In this document: one piece after another, positions 55,601 through 64,000 of the stretch
Position numbering within the stretch: position 1 is the first letter of the stretch
Layout of the letters: each line of letters begins with the position of its first letter
Assembly (NCBI GenBank): GCA_046563655.1
Contig: CM102287.1
Span: forward strand, 124,001-188,000
Direction of reading: 5' to 3'
DNA length: 64,000 nt
Source: Yuukianura sp. NJ FZ-2021
Taxonomy: Eukaryota
Notes under the pieces: generated by a model
What the model was told of the DNA's origin: nothing
What the model saw: the letters and a program-made list of their open reading frames with translations, nothing else
Databases searched by the model: none
Made by a program: the position numbers and the translations under genes

Positions 55601-58600
55601 TAGTAGAATAACTTGTTGTCTATAAATGCTTATAATCTGGACACAATGCTAATTACCTCTGTACACGCTCATTTTTTAAAGCAGCAGTGGTGGTAATTTT
55701 CAAAACTTCGTTTCTGAGAAACCGCTCACATGTATGCAAACAATGGGGTTTTTTGAAAATCAACAGGTTAGCATGGTTACAAATTAGAGCAGTAGTAGAA
55801 TAACTTGTTGTCTATAAAGGCTTATAATCTGGACACAATGCTAATTACCTCTGTACACGCTCATTTTTTAAAGCAGCAGTGGTGGTAATTTTCAAAACTT
55901 CGTTTCTGAGAAACCGCTCACATGTATGCAAACAATGGGGTTTTTTGAAAATCAACAGGTTAGCATGGTTACAAATTAGAGCAGTAGTAGAATAACTTGT
56001 TGTCTATAAAGGCTTATAATCTGGACACAATGCTAATTACCTCTGTACAAGCTCATTTTTTAAAGCAGCAGTTTGTCAAATTTAAAACTTCGTTTCTGAG
56101 AAACCGCTCACATGTAGCAAACAATGGTTTTTTTTTTGGAAATCAACAGGTTTGCCCGGTTACAAATTAGAGCATTAGTAGAATAACTTGTTGTCTATAA
56201 AGGCTTATAATCTGGACACAATGCTAATTACCTCTGTACAAGCTCATTTTTTAAAGCAGCAGTTTGGCAAATTTCAAAACTTCGTTTCTGAGAAACCGCT
56301 CACATGTAGCAAACAATGGTTTTTTGGAAATCAACAGGTTTGCCCGGTTACAAATTAGAGCATTAGTAGAATAACTTGTTGTCTATAAAGGCTTATAATC
56401 TGGACACAATGCTAATTACCTCTGTACAAGCTCATTTTTTAAAGCATCAGTTTGTCAAATTTAAAACTTCGTTTCTGAGAAACCGCTCACATGTAGCAAA
56501 CAATGGTTTTTTTTGGAAATCAACAGGTTTGCCCGGTTACAAATTAGAGCATTAGTAGAATAACTTGTTGTCTATAAAGGCTTATAATCTGGACACAATG
56601 CTAATTACCTCTGTACAAGCTCATTTTTTAAAGCAGCAGTTTGGCAAATTTCAAAACTTCGTTTCTGAGAAACCGCTCACATGTAGCAAACAATGGTTTT
56701 TTTTTTGGAAATCAACAGGTTTGCCCGGTTACAAATTAGAGCATTAGTAGAATAACTTGTTGTCTATAAAGGCTTATAATCTGGACACAATGCTAATTAC
56801 CTCTGTACACGCTCATTTTTTAAAGCAGCAGTTTGGTAATTTTCAAAACTTCGTTTCTGAGAAACCGCTCACATGTATGCAAACAATGGGGTTTTTTGAA
56901 AATCAACAGGTTAGCATGGTTACAAATTAGAGCAGTAGTAGAATAACTTGTTGTCTATAAAGGCTTATAATCTGGACACAATGCTAATTACCTCTGTACA
57001 AGCTCATTTTTTAAAGCAGCAGTTTGTCAAATTTAAAACTTCGTTTCTGAGAAACCGCTCACATGTAGCAAACAATGGGGTTTTTTGGAAATCAACAGGT
57101 TTGCCCGGTTACAAATTAGAGCATTAGTAGAATAACTTGTTGTCTATAAAGGCTTATAATCTGGACACAATGCTAATTACCTCTGTACAAGCTCATTTTT
57201 TAAAGCAGCAGTTTGGCAAATTTCAAAACTTCGTTTCTGAGAAACCGCTCACATGTAGCAAACAATGGTTTTTTTGGAAATCAACAGGTTTGCCCGGTTA
57301 CAAATTAGAGCATTAGTAGAATAACTTGTTGTCTATAAAGGCTTATAATCTGGACACAATGCTAATTACCTCTGTACAAGCTCATTTTTTAAAGCAGCAG
57401 TTTGTCAAATTTAAAACTTCGTTTCTGAGAAACCGCTCACATGTAGCAAACAATGTTTTTTTTGGAAATCAACAGGTTTGCCCGGTTACAAATTAGAGCA
57501 TTAGTAGAATAACTTGTTGTCTATAAAGGCTTATAATCTGGACACAATGCTAATTACCTCTGTACAAGCTCATTTTTTAAAGCAGCAGTTTGGCAAATTT
57601 CAAAACTTCGTTTCTGAGAAACCGCTCACATGTAGCAAACAATGGTTTTTTTGGGAATCAACAGGTTTGCTCGGTTACAAATTAGAGCATTAGTAGAATA
57701 ACTTGTTGTCTATAAATGCTTATAATCTGGACACAATGCTAATTACCTCTGTACACGCTCATTTTTTAAAGCAGCAGTGGTGGTAATTTTCAAAACTTCG
57801 TTTCTGAGAAACCGCTCACATGTATGCAAACAATGGGGTTTTTTGAAAATCAACAGGTTAGCATGGTTACAAATTAGAGCAGTAGTAGAATAACTTGTTG
57901 TCTATAAAGGCTTATAATCTGGACACAATGCTAATTACCTCTGTACAAGCTCATTTTTTAAAGCAGCAGTTTGTCAAATTTAAAACTTCGTTTCTGAGAA
58001 ACCGCTCACATGTAGCAAACAATGGTTTTTGGAAATCAACAGGTTTGCCCGGTTACAAATTAGAGCATTAGTAGAATAACTTGTTGTCTATAAAGGCTTA
58101 TAATCTGGACACAATGCTAATTACCTCTGTACAAGCTCATTTTTTAAAGCAGCAGTTTGGCAAATTTCAAAACTTCGTTTCTGAGAAACCGCTCACATGT
58201 AGCAAACAATGGTTTTTTGGAAATCAACAGGTTTGCCCGGTTACAAATTAGAGCATTAGTAGAATAACTTGTTGTCTATAAAGGCTTATAATCTGGACAC
58301 AATGCTAATTACCTCTGTACAAGCTCATTTTTTAAAGCAGCAGTTTGTCAAATTTAAAACTTCGTTTCTGAGAAACCGCTCACATGTAGCAAACAATGGT
58401 TTTTTTGGAAATCAACAGGTTTGCCCGGTTACAAATTAGAGCATTAGTAGAATAACTTGTTGTCTATAAAGGCTTATAATCTGGACACAATGCTAATTAC
58501 CTCTGTACAAGCTCATTTTTTAAAGCAGCAGTTTGGCAAATTTCAAAACTTCGTTTCTGAGAAACCGCTCACATGTAGCAAACAATGGTTTTTTTTGGAA

Positions 58601-60814
58601 ATCAACAGGTTTGCCCGGTTACAAATTAGAGCATTAGTAGAATAACTTGTTGTCTATAAAGGCTTATAATCTGGACACAATGCTAATTACCTCTGTACAC
58701 GCTCATTTTTTAAAGCAGCAGTTTGGTAATTTTCAAAACTTCGTTTCTGAGAAACCGCTCACATGTATGCAAACAATGGTTTTTTTTTGGAAATCAACAG
58801 GTTTGCCCGGTTACAAATTAGAGCATTAGTAGAATAACTTGTTGTCTATAAAGGCTTATAATCTGGACACAATGCTAATTACCTCTGTACAAGCTCATTT
58901 TTTAAAGCAGCAGTTTGGCAAATTTCAAAACTTCGTTTCTGAGAAACCGCTCACATGTAGCAAACAATGGTTTTTTTTTGGAAATCAACAGGTTTGCCCG
59001 GTTACAAATTAGAGCATTAGTAGAATAACTTGTTGTCTATAAAGGCTTATAATCTGGACACAATGCTAATTACCTCTGTACAAGCTCATTTTTTAAAGCA
59101 GCAGTTTGGCAAATTTCAAAACTTCGTTTCTGAGAAACCGCTCACATGTAGCAAACAATGTTTTTTTTTGGAAATCAACAGGTTTGCCCGGTTACAAATT
59201 AGAGCATTAGTAGAATAACTTGTTGTCTATAAAGGCTTATAATCTGGACACAATGCTAATTACCTCTGTACAAGCTCATTTTTTAAAGCAGCAGTTTGGC
59301 AAATTTCAAAACTTCGTTTCTGAGAAACCGCTCACATGTAGCAAAACAATGGTTTTTTTGAAATCAACAGGTTTGCCCGGTTACAAATTAGAGCATTAGT
59401 AGAATAACTTGTTGGCTATAAATGCTTATAATCTGGACACAATGCTAATTACCTCTGTACAAGCTCATTTTTTAAAGCAGCAGTTTGGCAAATTTCAAAA
59501 CTTCGTTTCTGAGAAACCGCTCACATGTAGCAAACAATGTTTTTTTTTTGGAAATCAACAGGTTTGCCCGGTTACAAATTAGAGCATTAGTAGAATAACT
59601 TGTTGTCTATAAAGGCTTATAATCTGGACACAATGCTAATTACCTCTGTACAAGCTCATTTTTTAAAGCAGCAGTTTGTCAAATTTAAAACTTCGTTTCT
59701 GAGAAACCGCTCACATGTAGCAAACAATGGTTTTTTTTGGAAATCAACAGGTTTGCCCGGTTACAAATTAGAGCATTAGTAGAATAACTTGTTGTCTATA
59801 AAGGCTTATAATCTGGACACAATGCTAATTACCTCTGTACAAGCTCATTTTTTAAAGCAGCAGTTTGGCAAATTTCAAAACTTCGTTTCTGAGAAACCGC
59901 TCACATGTAGCAAACAATGGTTTTTTTTGGAAATCAACAGGTTTGCCCGGTTACAAATTAGAGCATTAGTAGAATAACTTGTTGTCTATAAAGGCTTATA
60001 ATCTGGACACAATGCTAATTACCTCTGTACAAGCTCATTTTTTAAAGCAGCAGTTTGGCAAATTTCAAAACTTCGTTTCTGAGAAACCGCTCACATGTAG
60101 CAAACAATGGTTTTTTTGGGAATCAACAGGTTTGCTCGGTTACAAATTAGAGCATTAGTAGAATAACTTGTTGTCTATAAAGGCTTATAATCTGGACACA
60201 ATGCTAATTACCTCTGTACACGCTCATTTTTTAAAGCAGCAGTTTGGTAATTTTCAAAACTTCGTTTCTGAGAAACCGCTCACATGTATGCAAACAATGG
60301 GGTTTTTTGGAAATCAACAGGTTTGCCCGGTTACAAATTAGAGCATTAGTAGAATAACTTGTTGTCTATAAAGGCTTATAATCTGGACACAATGCTAATT
60401 ACCTCTGTACACGCTCATTTTTTAAAGCAGCAGTTTGGTAAATTTCAAAACTTCGTTTCTGAGAAACCGCTCACATGTATGCAAACAATTTGGTTTTTTG
60501 GAAATCAACAGGTTAGCATGGTTACAAATTAGAGCAGTAGTAGAATAACTTGTTGTCTATAAAGGCTTATAATCTGGACACAATGCTAATTACCTCTGTA
60601 CACGCTCATTTTTTAAAGCAGCAGTTTGGCAAATTTCAAAACTTCGTTTCTGAGAAACCGCTCACATGTAGCAAACAATGGTTTTTTTTTGGAAATCAAC
60701 AGGTTTGCCTGGTTACAAATTAGAGCATTAGTAGAATAACTTGTTGTCTATAAAGGCTTATAATCTGGACACAATGGTTTGCCCGGTTACAAATTAGAGC
60801 ATTAGTAGAATAAC
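52687..60814 (+). repeat. 190-bp satellite array, orientation 2 (~43 monomers)
   Basis: Reverse complement of the monomer in 45320-52686. The spurious MLSIKAYN ORFs recur every ~190 bp. Confidence 0.97.
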
Positions 60815-61430
60815 TATGAGGGATACGGGTAAGGATGCCTTGGACCTTGCCCGTGCTCTCAAATAAACAAAAGAAAAACCGAAAACCGAAACGACGATAT
60901 GTGGGCTACGAATTTATTCGTAGCTCATGACCTTAACACTACAATGGCCCACTAGGGCAAAAACAATGGGCCTGAAGGGCCTAAAACCGAACTAATGAGG
61001 GAAGGGAGGGAAGGAAGCGGGTAACAGGCCAATACCTGGCCTATGACCACTAACTGGTCAGTGACCACTAACTGGTCATGACCACTAACTGGTCAGGGCC
61101 ACTAACTGGCCTCAAGAGGACGTAGAGCGTCCATTTGACCTTACGGTGACCCTTTGGCTGGCGGAAGAAGATGAAGAGGACAGGCACGGCGTGGCAGGAG
61201 GATCTGCTGCTGCTGCTGCTGACTGCATGAGAGCTGGAGTCCGAGTGAGTGCTCGTGCAGCTCGTGCTTCTGCTTCTGCTCTTCTTCTTTTTGAATTCGG
61301 GGAAGCGGGAAGCGGGGAAACACTTATGGGCATTGCCCTAACTTATATTTTTAGTTGTTTTTAACTATTTTATATTTTTAACTTAGCTTATCCTTTTAAT
61401 TAATTGTTAATTGAGGATCATATCCTCACA
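60815..61430 (-). repeat. 3' LTR of Gypsy 2 with four tandem palindromic TGACCACTAACTGGTCA-like units
   Basis: Starts right after the PPT. Short terminal inverted repeat. Tandem units at ~61044-61110. The left end is uncertain by ~2 nt. Confidence 0.75.
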
Positions 61431-61682
61431 TCACCCCCTCCCCGCTTTGTAGCTTTGCTACAAAGAGAGGAAGACAAGGGAAGACAAAAATTTTGGAATG
61501 AAAACAAATAAACAATGAAAATGAAACTTTGACAAAAATTTTGAAAACTAATTACTAGGAAATGGTGACAAGTGTCAAAAAATGAATTGAACTTAAAACT
61601 ACTGTGCTGAAGGCACTTAATACGGGACTCTAGTCCCAACTACTAATCTATCACTAGACTACTGAGCACACAAATCGTCGCT

Positions 61683-62330
61683 TTAGGTTGATTTTGCGTA
61701 ACGAGGGTTACTTTTCTGGTTTGTTTTGAATTGGTTTCTGCGCGGGGCTTTGCAAGTCGACGCATAGTGACCGGGCTGACCGCAACGTAGGCAATGTAGC
61801 TCCTTTTTAAGCGGAATTGGAGCGAATCTACGCGGAAACTGGCTCGTTTTGGATGGTTTCGCCGGAGGAGGAGGAGGAGGTGGCAGATTTTGAATTGGCG
61901 GTGGAGGAGGAGGCGGCGGAGGCAAATTCTGAGGAACCACTGGAGGTGGAGGAGGCGGCGGAGGAGCCGGTTGACACTGGACCGTGACTGTGATGTCGGG
62001 AAGCCTTTCCTCGGGAGATTTAGGAGACGGAGACCTTGGTCGGCTCCAAAAATAAATGGAAGGCGGGAACTTCTCGCGCAGGACAGAATCGAGGTACATG
62101 AGCTTGGAGGTCGTGAGGCCTCTGCCAGTTTTATGCCAGGAGGTAGGAATGGCTTCGATAATCGCAGGATTCAAGTTACGCTTGGCATAGTAAACGATTT
62201 CAGAGTCTGTAGGCTTTCGCTGGAGAGCAGATTCTATCTTAGGGATCAAACGCTTCAGGAAATCAGTGACGATCTCTCCGTCCCACTGAGGAAAATCAAG
62301 TTTAGGTCTGGCTGATCGCTGAGAAGACAT
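61683..62330 (-). CDS. ORF3 of Gypsy 2: Gag-like, Pro-rich protein with CCHC knuckle
   Basis: FPQWDGEIVTDFL N-terminus, poly-Pro tracts, CLRCGQPGHYASTC. Lies between the pol stop and the PPT. Confidence 0.75.
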   Translation of the reverse strand: MSSQRSARPKLDFPQWDGEIVTDFLKRLIPKIESALQRKPTDSEIVYYAKRNLNPAIIEAIPTSWHKTGRGLTTSKLMYLDSVLREKFPPSIYFWSRPRSPSPKSPEERLPDITVTVQCQPAPPPPPPPPVVPQNLPPPPPPPPPIQNLPPPPPPPAKPSKTSQFPRRFAPIPLKKELHCLRCGQPGHYASTCKAPRRNQFKTNQKSNPRYAKST

Positions 62331-62360
62331 GCTAAACCAACAAAAGAACAGAACGAAAAA

Positions 62361-64000
62361 TTAAATGCCTGTTGTACGATTACGTAACTGGTAACTACTC
62401 TGTACAGGTACTGGCTTGGTCTTAACGACTTTAGCATAGGTCATAGGCTCAGGTAATGGTTCTGAAGGGCGGGAAAAATACCTTTTCAAATTGACTATGT
62501 TATGTCTGCCTGCATTTTCCTCGGAACCAAACAACTTTAGGCCGTAAACTAAGGGCGTGACCTTCTCCGAAATGACATAAGGGCCTTCCCACTTAAATGC
62601 AAACTTTTTCATGATTCCCTTAGCCTTGTCTGACTGTATGTGAGTGCGCAGAAGGACTAAATCACCTACTTCAAAGCTGTCTGACCTACGTTTTTGATTG
62701 TAGTACTTGGCCTGAGAGGCTTGAGACTTTTCTAAATGTTCTCTGGCTAATCGATAGACTTTAGAAAGACGCTCTATCAGGGTCAATTGGTAGTCTGTCC
62801 ACTCGGAAAATGCGTCGCTCTGAGAATCTTCTAAGGCCAAATCAAAGGGAGTGGAAAGCTCACGACCGAAATTTAACATAGAGGGACTAAAACCTGTCGA
62901 ATCGCTAATCGCAGTACGCAAAGCCATGGCAACTTCTGGAAGATTCTCATCCCATTTTGAATGTTTACGTGCTACGTAGGCTCTAAGAATGGCTATGACG
63001 TTCCGATTGACACGCTCGGTAATGTTCGCCTGAGGATGATAGGTCGAAATGAATTTTAGCTTAACCTGCCAAGTTTTGCAAAGTTTCTTAAACAACTCAG
63101 AAGTGAATTGAGAACCATTGTCACTAAGTAACGCTCTAGGCCTACCGAAACGACAAAATACTTCCTGCTCGAGCTTTTTTGAACAATCTGAAAGGAGTCG
63201 TAGCTTCTCTAAGAGGAAAAATCTCAACCCATTTCGTAAAATGATCTGTCACGACTAGCAAAAACGTATTTTGACGTTGAGTTTTCGTAAGGGGGCCTAT
63301 CAAATCAAGGGCTAACATATCCCATGGACCTCTAGTCTGAACACTTTGGAGCTCACCTACTGGTTTCGTAGTGGGATTTTTAGTCTTTTGGCAAATGTCA
63401 CAGGACGTAACGAATTTGTAAATGTCCTCGTGCATACCAAACCAGAAAACTCGACGAAGTAAGCGATAAAGGGTCTTTCTGGAAGCCCATGTGACCTGAC
63501 TCTGGACGATCATGAAAATAACTCAGAACTTGGGAACGTAAAGAAGTAAGGAATGAAAGGAAGTTTTCCTGCGTACTTTCCTAATCGATAAAGGATTCCG
63601 TCGTGCACTACGAAATCTTTACCCATGTCAGTTAAAAGCGCTTGGACCTCTAAATCTTTACTTTGTTCCTCTTTGAGCTGATCTAAAGAAATTTCCCTTG
63701 TGAGTGAAAGAAAAATGGCGGGAGAAGAACTATTTAGTGGAAAATGTAAATTTTCGCGATGAACTTCTGCATCCTCACTTTCTCCTACTGGGGCTCTAGA
63801 CAAGGCGTCTGCTACAACGTTAAGTTTCCCTGGACAATGAGTAATAATGGGCTGAAAATCCTGAATTCTAAGGGCCCAACGGGTAAACTTACTGTTGACA
63901 TCTTTCATTTTGTCTAACCAAACTAGAGCTTTGTTGTCTGTCTCGAGGCGAAATCTCTGACCGTCAATGTAATGTTCGAATTTCTTAAGGGCAAACAAAA
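62361..64000 (-). pseudogene. pol: Gypsy 2 pol (RNase H to integrase), frameshifted
   Basis: TDNKAL...RWAL...ADALSR, ALDLIGP, SDNGSQF, TERVNR and GPY are spread over three frames. Confidence 0.9.

Larger units (their letters stand above)
60815..64000 (-). mobile_element. Gypsy LTR retrotransposon 2, 3' part
   Basis: RNase H and integrase fragments, an ORF3, PPT GGGAGGGGGTGA, and an LTR TGTGAGGATA...TATCCCTCA that abuts the satellite. Confidence 0.88.

Noticed and set aside
45320..60814. Dozens of ~62-aa MLSIKAYN ORFs; possible CRISPR array or gene family
   Set aside because: These are translations of the satellite monomer with TTG starts and frames broken by homopolymer variation. There are no unique spacers and no cas genes.

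Overview
Eukaryotic, almost entirely mobile-element DNA. The ~55-65 nt spliceosomal introns and TTAGG motifs suggest an arthropod, but the species cannot be determined. All coordinates were read by eye. Left to right: (1) 1-4445, the end of a probable LTR retroelement carrying an intronless membrane-type matrix metalloproteinase. (2) 4446-18984, the right part of a Polinton/Maverick-type endogenous DNA virus with adenain protease, major and minor capsid proteins, a basic core protein, DDE integrase, accessory genes, a PIF1 helicase and a terminal repeat. Its enzyme genes contain many short introns while its capsid genes have none. (3) A BEL/Pao element (18985-32792, minus) that hosts both the Polinton and a full-length Gypsy element (19288-27273); the Gypsy third ORF, in the env position, is an Rrp6/EXOSC10-like 3'-5' exonuclease with an HRDC domain. 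(4) A second, decayed BEL element containing a Harbinger-type MITE. (5) A 5.1-kb inverted-repeat structure built from Helentron/DINE-like ends around a zinc-finger ORF, followed by a spliced zinc-finger gene. (6) A 190-bp satellite that flips orientation at ~52686 and contains a non-autonomous BEL element. (7) The 3' part of a second Gypsy element with a Gag-like ORF after pol. The best novelty candidates are the Rrp6-carrying Gypsy, the intron-rich PIF1 Polinton and the MMP-carrying LTR element.
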